Origin: Candidatus Eiseniibacteriota bacterium
GTDB taxonomy: Bacteria > Eisenbacteria > RBG-16-71-46
Length of the DNA: 29,271 bases
Reading direction: 5' to 3'
Assembly: GCA_044222045.1 (NCBI GenBank)
Contig: JBGAOB010000021.1
Location: 1-29,271, forward strand
Shown here: positions 15,676 through 24,100 of the stretch, piece by piece
How positions within the stretch are numbered: position 1 is the stretch's first letter
Layout: each line of letters opens with the position of its first letter
Made by a program: the position numbers and the translations under genes
The notes under the pieces: model-generated
The model's database searches: none
What the model was told of the DNA's origin: nothing
What the model saw: the letters and a program-made list of their open reading frames with translations, nothing else

Positions 15676-15786
15676 GCCGGGATTCGCGGCTTCCCTCGCC
15701 GGAGCGCGCCCGCGCGTGACGCCACGCCGTTCCCGGGTATGATGTCCCGCCTCGACAACCCCATCGCCATCCCCGGGAGGATTCCC

Positions 15787-16776
15787 ATGGCTCGTACGCT
15801 CGACATCCTGCTTCTCCTCGCACTTCCGGCCTCCGGCAAGTCCGAAGTGCGCCGCTACATGGCGCACCTGACGCCCGAGCAGTGCCGGGACGAGTTCCAC
15901 CTCGGCCCCACGGTGCAGCTCGACGACTACCCCTACGTGCACATGATGCGCCGCATCAGCCAGGAGCTGCGCAAGCGCGGCCACGACGGCGTCTTCTTCG
16001 ATTCCGACGACCAGCCGATGAAGGAGCAGCGCGACTGGGGCACGCTGATCGAACTGCTGAACGAGGACTTCGACGACCTCGTGAACCAGCGCCGCCCGTC
16101 GCCGCCGTCCAAGGCGTCGTGGCTGCTCGACCGTTTCGACGCGGCGCGCACCAAGGTGGGCGCCGACCCGGTGCTGGGCAAGCTGCCCGCCGACATCCGC
16201 CAGCAGCTCGTGACGGCGCTCGAGCGCGAGTCGGCCGACCTGCTGCGCGACAAGAACACGGGTATCCCCGAGTCGCTCGCCGGGCGCACCGTGGTGATCG
16301 AAGCCGCGCGCGGCGGCCCGCAGGGCGCGTCGCTGCCGCTGCCGTCGCCGCTGGGCTACCAGTATTCGCTGTCGCGCTTCAGCGACGCGATCCTGGCGAA
16401 GGCCAGCATCCTGTACGTGTGGGTCACGCCCGAGGAGTCGCGCCGCAAGAACCACGAGCGCACCGATCCGAACGATCCGGGTTCGATCCTGCACCACGGT
16501 GTGCCGATGGCGGTGATGCTCGGCGACTACGGGCTGGACGACATGGAGTACCTGATCGAGCACTCGGGCCGTCCCGACACGGTGAAGATCGAGACGCGCG
16601 GCCGCTCGTACTTCATCCCGGTGGCGCGGTTCGACAACCGCGTGGACAAGACCACGTTCGTGCGCGTGGACCGCGCCAAGTGGAAGGCCGACGACATCGC
16701 CGCGCTGCACGGCGGCCTGTCGGAGGCGCTCGGCCGGCTCGTGCAGGCGCGCGAGGCGCTCGCCGAGGCGAAGTAG
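15787..16776 (+). CDS. Cytoplasmic P-loop NTPase / kinase-like protein of unknown function (329 aa). It carries a Walker A variant ALPASGKS and resembles the nucleotide-binding domain of 6-phosphofructo-2-kinase-type kinases.
   Basis: Track ORF 15739..16776(+), trimmed to Met17 at 15787 behind GGGAGG (ccGGGAGGattcccATG). LDILLLLALPASGKSEV fits [AG]x4GK[ST], and the LP-A-x-GK pattern is like GLPARGKT of 6PF2K. Downstream, YPYVHMMRR and VFFDSDDQPMKEQRDW resemble the YRR and FDATN..RERR substrate motifs of that family. There is no signal peptide. Confidence 0.6.
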   Translation: MARTLDILLLLALPASGKSEVRRYMAHLTPEQCRDEFHLGPTVQLDDYPYVHMMRRISQELRKRGHDGVFFDSDDQPMKEQRDWGTLIELLNEDFDDLVNQRRPSPPSKASWLLDRFDAARTKVGADPVLGKLPADIRQQLVTALERESADLLRDKNTGIPESLAGRTVVIEAARGGPQGASLPLPSPLGYQYSLSRFSDAILAKASILYVWVTPEESRRKNHERTDPNDPGSILHHGVPMAVMLGDYGLDDMEYLIEHSGRPDTVKIETRGRSYFIPVARFDNRVDKTTFVRVDRAKWKADDIAALHGGLSEALGRLVQAREALAEAK

Positions 16777-16789
16777 CCGCGGCGCACAC

Positions 16790-16830
16790 GGTCGACGGCC
16801 CCGGCCACTTCGGTGGCGCCGGGGCCGTGT
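16790..16830. terminator. Imperfect GC hairpin CGACGGCCCCGGCCAC-ttcg-GTGGCGCCGGGGCCGTGTCG followed by TTTCC, 14 nt after the stop of the P-loop gene. The BNR gene is convergent on the other side.
   Basis: Inverted repeat with core GGCCCCGGC/GCCGGGGCC (9 bp perfect, extended with bulges), a TTCG tetraloop and a T-run. Confidence 0.5.
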
Positions 16831-16987
16831 CGTTTCCGGGCGTGCGTGCGGACCGCGCGTCAGCGCATGAGCATGAGCTTGCGCGTCTCGGTGACGACTT
16901 CGGTGGCGCCGGGGCCGTGTCGTTTCCCGGCGTGCGTGCGGACCGCGCGTCAGCGCATGATCATGATCTTGCGCGTCTCGGTGACGC
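16807..16987. repeat. Tandem direct duplication of 2 x 90 bp with 3 mismatches. It covers the last 12 codons of the BNR gene plus ~55 bp of its 3' flank, including one arm of the terminator hairpin.
   Basis: Copy 1 (16807-16896) and copy 2 (16897-16986) are ACTTCGGTGGCGCCGGGGCCGTGTCGTTTCC[G/C]GGCGTGCGTGCGGACCGCGCGTCAGCGCATGA[G/T]CATGA[G/T]CTTGCGCGTCTCGGTGACG. Copy 2 carries the real stop and C-terminus ...TETRKIMIMR*. Copy 1 would encode ...TETRKLMLMR* as a remnant. Confidence 0.85.
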
Positions 16988-18680
16988 TGCCCGCGCGGTA
17001 GCGGCAGAAGTAGAGCCCCGATCCCGCCATGCGCCCGGCCTCGTCGCGTCCGCTCCACGTTGCCGTTCGCGGTCCGCCCGCCAGGTGGCCGTCGACCAGC
17101 GTCGTCACGCGGCGCCCGGACGCGTCGTACACGTCGAGCGTCACGTGCGCGCCCGACGACGGCACTTCGTAGCGGATCGCCGTGGAGGTGGTGAACGGGT
17201 TCGGCGTCGCGGGCGACAGCCGCACGGGCCGCGTGCCGCCGTCCTCCACCGACAGCACGGGCGGCGTGATGCGGCAGTACCACACGTCCTGCTCGTTGTT
17301 GAACGTGGCGGCCCATGCGAGGTCGGCGCCCGTCGCGTCGGAGACCATGTGGTAGTAGTCGCCGATCTTCTGCTGGTTCGGGAAGCCCACCATGCTGTTC
17401 CACACGGGGCTCGCCTGTTCGTTCGGGGACCAGTGGAAGCCGCCGTCGTACGAGCACGAGTAGAACAGCGCCGTGCGCGTGCTGTCGCCGGTGAGCCGAG
17501 AGTCGTTCCACACCGCGTCGATGCGGCCGTCGGGCGACACCGACATGGTGCCGAACCACTGCCACGCGTGACCCGCGACGGGGTCGTCGTTCACGCGCAC
17601 CGGCGCGCTCCAGGTCTTGCCGCCGTCCGTGCTGCGCGAGAACAGCACGTCCACCGGGTCGTTCGCCGTTTCCAGCGTGGCGAGCACGTAGATCCATCCC
17701 CGACGCGGGCCGTTCGAGCGGTCCACGCCCACCCAGATCTGCCCGAGCAGCCCGACCGGGTTCGGTCCGCCGAGGCGAACGTAGCCCATCGGGTTCGCCA
17801 CGACCGTGGCGAAGCTCGGCGCGGCCGCCGTCTTCCACGCGTCCGCCGAGCGCGCCACCAGCACGTAGCCGCTGTCGGGATCCATGCCCGCCACGTACAG
17901 GCTGTCGTTCGCGTCGAGGTCGAGCGTGCCCCAGATGGGCTGCGCCGTGATCAGGCTCGGGAACGTGAAGCTGGCGCCGCCGTTCAGCGAGCGGTTGTAG
18001 GTCGACGGGTAGTACGGGTTGCCCGCCACGCTCCACGCCTGGTGCACGAAGTTCTGCCCCGGACCGCCGGTGCGGTCCACCGTGATCCACTGCTTGTCGC
18101 CGCCGTAGGCGGTGACCGCCGGGCCCCAAGTGGAGCCCCCGTTGGTGGACGAGAACATCTGCGCGCTCAGGTTGCCGTTCGCGTCGGACGTGAGGCTGCT
18201 GTAGAGGAACTTGCCCGCGGCGTCCACGCCCAGCACCGGGTCGCTGCGAAACACGCCGGGCTCGATCTTGCGCGCGGTCCACGTCAGGCCGCCGTCGCTC
18301 GTGAACCCGTAGCCCGCCTGGCGGAAGTTCGACGTCACGTTGTCGAACTGCCGCCAGCCGATCACCATGCGCGCGTGGAACGTCTGGTCGACGGCGATCG
18401 ACGGTTCGTTCGCCGCGTCCCCCACGATGTTCGCGCCGTTCAGGGCCACGTTGACCTGCCGGTGCGTGAAGCGTCCGAACGTGATCACGCTCGACGCCTG
18501 CGGCGCGCCGTCGGCCGGCGCGGCGATCCCGGGCGGGTCGCTCACGCGCTCGGGAGGCAGGCGGTCGGCCGGGCGCGTGCCCGCCGAAGCGAGCGAGGCG
18601 CCGCCGAGCAGGAGCAGGGCGACGGAGCGGGCGATGCGGAGCGGGTGCGGACGTGAACGCGATGCGGTCGGAGCCGTCAT
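16950..18680 (-). CDS. Secreted BNR/Asp-box repeat beta-propeller protein (sialidase / glycoside-hydrolase-like fold, 576 aa) with a C-terminal T9SS-type sorting domain.
   Basis: Track ORF 16950..18908(-), trimmed to Met77 at 18680 (MTAPTASRSRPHPLRIARSVALLLLGGASLASA), which has GGAGGG 8 nt upstream. Asp-box S-x-D-x-G-x-T-W motifs are present (SDGGLTWT, STNGGSTWG, STDGGKTWS, SYDGGFHWS). The CTD is PNPFTTSTAIRYEV...LDVYDASGRRVTTL...SGLYFCRYRAG...KIMIMR. Confidence 0.8.
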   Translation of the reverse strand: MTAPTASRSRPHPLRIARSVALLLLGGASLASAGTRPADRLPPERVSDPPGIAAPADGAPQASSVITFGRFTHRQVNVALNGANIVGDAANEPSIAVDQTFHARMVIGWRQFDNVTSNFRQAGYGFTSDGGLTWTARKIEPGVFRSDPVLGVDAAGKFLYSSLTSDANGNLSAQMFSSTNGGSTWGPAVTAYGGDKQWITVDRTGGPGQNFVHQAWSVAGNPYYPSTYNRSLNGGASFTFPSLITAQPIWGTLDLDANDSLYVAGMDPDSGYVLVARSADAWKTAAAPSFATVVANPMGYVRLGGPNPVGLLGQIWVGVDRSNGPRRGWIYVLATLETANDPVDVLFSRSTDGGKTWSAPVRVNDDPVAGHAWQWFGTMSVSPDGRIDAVWNDSRLTGDSTRTALFYSCSYDGGFHWSPNEQASPVWNSMVGFPNQQKIGDYYHMVSDATGADLAWAATFNNEQDVWYCRITPPVLSVEDGGTRPVRLSPATPNPFTTSTAIRYEVPSSGAHVTLDVYDASGRRVTTLVDGHLAGGPRTATWSGRDEAGRMAGSGLYFCRYRAGSVTETRKIMIMR

Positions 18681-18882
18681 GGGTGTGCCCTCCGGATTCG
18701 TGGCGGGATGTCGACCGGAAGGGTAAAGGCCGCGCGCGCCGAACGGGGAGCGGTTTTGGACCAGCGGGCGGGCGCGCCGACGGGGCGACCGGCGTGCGGG
18801 AGCCGCGATGTCTTCGCGCGGGGGTCGCCTCCGGCCGAGGAGCGCGGGCGGAAAGGGCCGCGCGGCCACCGCCCGGCCGCAC

Positions 18883-18918
18883 GAAGCCGCGGGCGCGATG
18901 TTCCGCACCCGCGGCTTC
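18883..18918 (-). terminator. GC hairpin GAAGCCGCGGG-(14 nt)-CCCGCGGCTTC, 16 nt downstream of the stop of the PPC-repeat gene. It has no U-tract, so it is a candidate terminator or RNA-stability element.
   Basis: Perfect 11-bp inverted repeat. It sits between the stop at 18934 and the BNR gene start at 18680. Confidence 0.35.
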
Positions 18919-18933
18919 GGAGCGTGCGCGTCG

Positions 18934-20676
18934 TCAGCGCGACAGCAGGAGCTTGCGCGAGAGCGCGGGGCCCGTCGTCTCGAGGCGGGCCATGTACATG
19001 CCCGGCTGGAGCGGCGTGCCCGCGGCGTCGCGGCCGTCCCACACGATGTCGTGCTCGCCCGCCGAAGCGGCCGGCTCGTCCACCAGCGTGCGCACGAGCC
19101 GGCCCTGCACGTCGTACACGCGCAGCGCGGCGCGTCCGGCCACGGGCAACGTGAAGTGCATGCGCGTGCGGCCCGCGAACGGATTCGGCGACGGCGGCGC
19201 GAACGCGAGCTCGAACGGGACCGGCGCCTGTGGCGTGTCGAGCGTGGTGCCGGGCGTGAGGCGGTACGGGCCCGTGGCGGCGAGACTGCTGTTGCCGTCG
19301 CCGGCCACGATCAGGTACGTGCCGCTCACCGGCGCGACCACGCTGAGCTGCGCGTAGAGCGAGCCGCTGCGGGACTGCACCAGCGCGCCGTTCGGGCCGT
19401 AGATGCGCAGCCACGGGTACAGCGCTCCCACGCCGGGCGTCATGTCCTCCATCGTCACGAGGATGTTGGCGCCCGCGGTGTAGCTGATCGTCCACGCGTC
19501 GATGTCGCCTTCCTCGATGAACGCCGGCGTCAACGCGGCGAGCAGGGGGCCGCCCTCGTCGCCGGGGGAGACGGTCACCGGGCTGCCGGTCTTGGCGAGC
19601 GTCAGCCGGTAGCTGTCCGTGCCCGCGAGGCTCGAGTTGCCGTCGCCGGCGACCACCAGGTAGGTCCCCGCGCTGTCGGCGGCGATGGCGACTTCGGCGG
19701 CGAAGGCTCCGGAGCCGCTGGCCCGGAGGATCCCGGTGGGTCCGTAGATGCGCAGCCACGGATAGAACGCGCTGCTGGCCGTGCCTTCGCCCATGCGCAC
19801 GACGATCGCCTCGCCGGGGCTCGCGGTGACCGTCCACAGGTCGAGGTCGCCCTCGGTGATCGCGCCGGTGTGCAGCGCACCGTTCGTGAGCGGTCCGCCG
19901 TCGTCGCCGGGGGAGACGGTCACCGGGCTGCCGGTCTTGGCGAGCGTCAGTCGGTAGCTGTCGGTGCCCGCGAGGCTCGAGTTGCCGTCGCCGGCGACGA
20001 CCAGGTACGTGCCGCTCGCGGTGGCCGTGGTCGCGACTTCGGCGGCGAAGGCGCCGGAGCTGTTGTCCGCGAGCGTACCGTCGGGACGGTAGATGCGGAG
20101 CCAGGGGTACAGCGTGCCGCCGCTCGCGCCCTCGCCCATGCGCACGACGATCGCCTCGCCGGCATTGGCCGAGACGGTCCACACGTCGAGATCGCCCAGG
20201 TCGATCGCCCCGGTGTGCAGCGCACCGTTCGTGAGCGGTCCGCCTTCGTCGCCGCCCGTCACCGACACCGCGCCGCCGGTCTTCGCGAGCGTGATGCGAT
20301 AGGTGCCGGTGGCGGTACCGGCCCCCGTCCCGTCGTTCACCACCACCGAGTACGTACCGCTGGCGGCCGCGGTGACCGCGACCTCGGCCGCGAAAGCACC
20401 GGAACCCACGGCGACCTGCGCACCGCCCGGCGCGAACAGCGTCAGGCGCGGATAGAACGTGCCGGGGACGCCCGTTTCGCCGACGCGCACGACGATCGCG
20501 TCGCCGGTGTTGGCGGAGAACGTCCACGTGTCGGCGTCGCCCGAAGGGGTGATCGCGCCGTTCAGAAGTTCGCCGCAGGCGATGGGGCCCTGCGCGTGGG
20601 TCGTCGTGGAGAGAAGCGCGACCAGGGCCGTCGCACCCAGGGTCGTGGTGAGCATGCTGCGCCAGCGCGTGGTCAT
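18934..20676 (-). CDS. Secreted protein (580 aa) made of four tandem ~113-aa PPC (pre-peptidase C-terminal)-like beta-sandwich repeats and a C-terminal T9SS-type sorting domain. No catalytic domain is recognisable, so it is a likely binding / adhesin-type cargo.
   Basis: Track ORF 18934..21207(-), trimmed to Met178 at 20676 (MTTRWRSMLTTTLGATALVALLSTTTHAQG; GGGAG 7 nt upstream). The repeats follow the pattern G.L.NGA...G.I..GD.D.WT.SA..GEAIVVRMGEG.....YPWLRIY.P.G....S.SGAFAAEVA.....GTYLVVAGDGNSSLAGTDSYRLTLAKTG. The CTD is PNPFAGRTRMHFTLPV...LRVYDVQGRLVRTL...GMYMARLE...KLLLSR. Confidence 0.75.
   Translation of the reverse strand: MTTRWRSMLTTTLGATALVALLSTTTHAQGPIACGELLNGAITPSGDADTWTFSANTGDAIVVRVGETGVPGTFYPRLTLFAPGGAQVAVGSGAFAAEVAVTAAASGTYSVVVNDGTGAGTATGTYRITLAKTGGAVSVTGGDEGGPLTNGALHTGAIDLGDLDVWTVSANAGEAIVVRMGEGASGGTLYPWLRIYRPDGTLADNSSGAFAAEVATTATASGTYLVVAGDGNSSLAGTDSYRLTLAKTGSPVTVSPGDDGGPLTNGALHTGAITEGDLDLWTVTASPGEAIVVRMGEGTASSAFYPWLRIYGPTGILRASGSGAFAAEVAIAADSAGTYLVVAGDGNSSLAGTDSYRLTLAKTGSPVTVSPGDEGGPLLAALTPAFIEEGDIDAWTISYTAGANILVTMEDMTPGVGALYPWLRIYGPNGALVQSRSGSLYAQLSVVAPVSGTYLIVAGDGNSSLAATGPYRLTPGTTLDTPQAPVPFELAFAPPSPNPFAGRTRMHFTLPVAGRAALRVYDVQGRLVRTLVDEPAASAGEHDIVWDGRDAAGTPLQPGMYMARLETTGPALSRKLLLSR
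19561..20010. repeat. Intragenic near-identical DNA repeats inside the PPC-repeat gene. Two ~105-bp segments (19561-19665 and 19906-20010) are ~97% identical and 345 bp apart, which corresponds to repeats 3 and 2 of the protein.
   Basis: Both segments read GCCGGGGGAGACGGTCACCGGGCTGCCGGTCTTGGCGAGCGTCAG[C/T]CGGTAGCTGTC[C/G]GTGCCCGCGAGGCTCGAGTTGCCGTCGCCGGCGAC[C/G]ACCAGGTA. Confidence 0.8.
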
Positions 20677-21107
20677 GGGGATCTCCCGATGGAAGGGGCG
20701 CAGCGGGGGGGCCGGCGCCGTGAGGACGAGGGGGTTCCTGCGTGCGGATCGAGTGCGAACCCGGGGCGCCGCGACCACCGGCCGATGCCGGCGTTGCGAA
20801 GCGCCCTGCCTGTCCATGCGTGGAACCGGGTCCGAAACCCTCACGGCCCGGGACGAGGCCGTGAAGCATTCGAGCAAACGGTGGACGGCCTCCGCAATGA
20901 TTCGTTTGCGGTGATTCCCACCGCTGCGCGCGTGAACACGGACGGCAAACCGAGCGGCCGTTCTCGCGGCGAGATCCGGCGCATTTCGGCTCGCACGTAG
21001 CGGGCGAGGTGATCGCGGCTTCGCGTACGCGGTGAGCGGCTCGCCCGGAAACGAAACCGCGCCGTCGTGGCGTGCACGGCGGCGCGGCGTGTTCGCCCAG
21101 GGCGGCG

Positions 21108-24100
21108 CTAGGGCTTCGCGACCACCGACATCTTCACCGCGTGACCTTCCACCTCGAGCGCCTTCGCGCCCGCCGCGGGGCCGTACGCGAAAGCGTCCAC
21201 CAGGCACTCGGTGCGCAGCGTGCCCTCGAAGCGCTTCACCACGTCGAGGAACTCCGCGGGCGCTTCCAGCGACAGCGTGATGCGCGCTTCGTACGGCAGG
21301 TCCTGCTCCTTGCGCTCGGCCTGCACGAAGTGGATCAGCTCGCGGATCTGGCCCTCCTCGATCAGCGCGGGCGTCAGCTCCGTGGACACCACCACGACGC
21401 CGGCACGTCCGGGCGCGGCCGACCAGCCCGGCTTCGCTTCGAGCCGCACCTGCACTTCGTCGGTGGTCAGCGACACGGCCTGGCCCTCGGCGGTCACCTC
21501 GATCGAACCGCGGTCGGCGAGCGTGCGGCGCACCTCGGCCGGGTCCATCGCCGTGAGGGCGTTACCTACCTTCGGCAGCAGCTTGCCGAGCTTCGGGCCG
21601 AGCGCCTTGAAGTCGGGCTTCACGGAGTACGTGACGTACTTCTCGCCTTCGGTGGTGAACTCCACCGCCTTCAGGTTCAGCTCCTCGAGCACGAGGTCCG
21701 CGTGCTCCTGCAGCCGCGCGATCGCGCCGGCGCGCGGCACGATGATCTCCGCCTTCGCGAGCGGCTGGCGCACCTTGAGCTTCGCCGCCGTGCGTGCCGC
21801 GCGGCCGGCCGACACGAGGTCGCGCACCTGGTCCATCACGTCGGCGAGCGCCTCGTCGATCGACGACTCGTCGGCCAGCGGGTAATCGCACAGGTGCACG
21901 CTCGGCGGCACGCCCGGTTTCGACTCGCCGCGATAGCCCGCGCCAGTCAGGGTCTGGTACATGGTCTCGGCGAAGTGCGGCGTGAACGGCGCCACGAGCT
22001 TCGACAGCGTGAGCAGGCACTCGTACAGCGTCTCGTACGCGTCCCACTTGTCCTGCGACTTGTCGTGCATCCAGAACCGCGGGCGCGAGCGGCGCACCCA
22101 CCAGTTCGACAGCGCGTCCACGAAGTCGTTCAGCCGCCGGGCCGCCGGGTAGTTCTCGAAACGGTCGAGCGACGCGCGCACGTCGCGGACCGTGCGGTGC
22201 AGCTCGCTGCGGATCCAGCGGTCGAGCTCGGCGCGCTCGCCGGGCGCGCGCACGTTCGCGCCGGGCTCGAAGCCGTCGAGGTTCGCGTAGATCACGAAGA
22301 AGCTGAACACGTTCGTCAGCCGCATCAGGAACTCGCGGTGCGCGTCGCGGATGTTCGCTTCCTGGAAGCGAGCGGTGGTCCACGGCGCCTGCGCGCTGTA
22401 GAAGTACCAGCGCATCGCGTCGGCGCCGTACTGGTCGAAGATGTAGCCGGGCTCCTTGTAGTTCTTGAGCCGCTTGCTCATCTTGAGCCCGTCCTCGCCC
22501 ATCATGTGGCCGAGCACGATGCACGTGCGGAACGGCAGCGGGTACTCGCGGCGCGTCTTCTCGCCGGCCGCCGACGGCGCTCCGAACAGCATGTTGTTGA
22601 TCGCCAGCAGCGCGTAGAACCAGCCGCGCGTCTGGTCGATCGCCTCGCTGATGAAGTCGGCGGGGAAGTGCGTGTTCAGTTGTTCGGCGCTGCCGGGCAC
22701 GTGCGGGTAGCCCCACTGCGCGAACGGCATGCTGCCGGCGTCCCACCACACGTCGATCACTTCGGGAACGCGGCGCATGCGCGCGCCGGCCTCGAAGGGG
22801 CTGTCGTACGTCCACTCGTCGATGTAGGGCTTGTGGACGCGCAAGTGCTCGGGCAGCGACGGGTCGGCGGCCTTCTTCGCCGCCCAGCAGCCGCCGTCGT
22901 TCGCGCCCGGCTTCGCGGTCAGCTCGGCGAACGAGCCGATCGCTTCCATGCGGCCGGTCTTCTCGCACACCCAGATCGGCAGCGGCGTGCCCCAGTACCG
23001 CTCGCGCGACAGCGCCCAGTCCACGTTGTTGCGCAGGAAGTCGCCGAAGCGTCCCTCCTGGATGTGTTCGGGCAGCCACTGCATGCGCGCGTTGTTCGCC
23101 AGGAACTCGTCCTTGAACTGGCTCGTGCGCACGAACCAGCTGCGCCGCGCGTACTGGATGAGCGGGTCGTTCTCGGCGCGCGGGCAGAACGGGTACTCGT
23201 GGCGGACCTGGTCCTGCATCCACAGCAGGCCCGACTCCTTCAGTTCGCGCGTGATCTCCTTGTCGCACTCCTTGATCCAGCGGCCGCGCCACGCCTCGGG
23301 CGCGTCGTCCGAGAACGTGCCGTCGGGCTTCACCGCGCACAGCAGCGGCACCGCGTCGGGGTCGGCGAAGCGCTCGCGCTCCTTCTGCAGCAGGTTGAAG
23401 TCCACCTCGCCGAACGCCGGCGCCTCGTGCACGAGGCCGGTGCCCGACTCGATCGTGACGAAGTCGGCGGGCAGCACGCGCCAGCCGATCGTGGCCTCGC
23501 CGCCGTCCTTGAGCTTCGCCGTGCGGCGGGCGAGCGGCAGGCCTTGCTCGAACGCCGGGAGCAGCGCGGTGCGCGCCGAGTACGTGTCGAACGGCGGCTG
23601 GTAGGCGAGCCCGAGCAGCGCGCGCCCGGCACACGTGCCGAGCACCGTCAGTTCGCGCTTCGACTTCTTGGCGAGCGTGTCCACGAGCGCCGCGGCCACG
23701 TACAGGTTTTCGCCGTCGTGCGCGTCGTGCACGAGCGCGTACTCGAGCTCGGGGTGCACGGCCGCGAAGTGGTTGCTCACGAGCGTCCACGGCGTGGTGG
23801 TCCACACGAGCAGGCTCGTGCGCTTCGCCGCGGGCGAGCCGGCCGGCGCGGCAGGCGGGTCGAGCAGCGGGAACTTCACGTACACGCTCGGGTCGTCGAC
23901 CGTGCGGTAGCCCTCGCCGACCTCGCCGGCCGACAGCGCGGTGCCGCCCTGCGCCCACCACCAGACCACCTTGTGGCCCTGGTAGAGCAGGCCCTTCTCG
24001 TACAGCGTCTTCAGCGACCACCACACGCTCTCGACGTAGCTCTGGTGGTAGGTGACGTACGCGTCCTCCATGTTGAGCCAGAAGCCCAGCCGCGACGTCA

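Noticed and set aside
15414-15839. 141-aa minus-strand ORF overlapping the small membrane ORF and the P-loop gene promoter region.
   Set aside because: It is Ser/Arg-rich with no SD or motifs, and is antisense to a GC3-saturated plus-strand ORF. It is a likely shadow.
16807-16987. Diversity-generating retroelement (template repeat / variable repeat pair) as an explanation for the duplicated gene 3' end.
   Set aside because: There is no reverse transcriptase gene nearby. Only ~36 nt of the unit is coding. The 3 mismatches are not adenine-specific in either orientation (G/C, G/T and G/T on the plus strand). Simple tandem duplication fits better.
16807-16987. CRISPR-like array.
   Set aside because: There are only two contiguous copies of a 90-bp unit, with no spacers, and the unit partly encodes a protein C-terminus. 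No other direct-repeat arrays were seen in the window.
18681-18908. N-terminal extensions of long ORFs. Examples: BNR gene to 18908, PPC gene to 21207, ileS to 24863, POT to 14020, esterase ORF from 10501, and 513..1127.
   Set aside because: The extensions are Arg/Pro-rich and have no SD. Internal Met codons are preceded by GGAGG-type SDs and open directly into signal peptides or conserved family N-termini, so the shorter starts were used.
14121-20676. Recurrent start context GGAG(A/G)(A)T(T/C)CCC-ATG at pepT (14121), the P-loop gene (15787) and the PPC-repeat gene (20676), considered as a shared regulatory element.
   Set aside because: It is only ~13 nt and overlaps the SD plus spacer. It more likely reflects the organism's preferred SD/spacer composition than a dedicated cis-element. 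It is kept in mind but not called.
20677-21107. Searched the 430-bp gap between the ileS stop and the PPC-gene start for an intrinsic terminator or small gene.
   Set aside because: I found only weak stems (<=4-6 bp) and no U-tract. ORF 20841..21077(-) is Arg/Ser-rich with no SD. Nothing is supportable.
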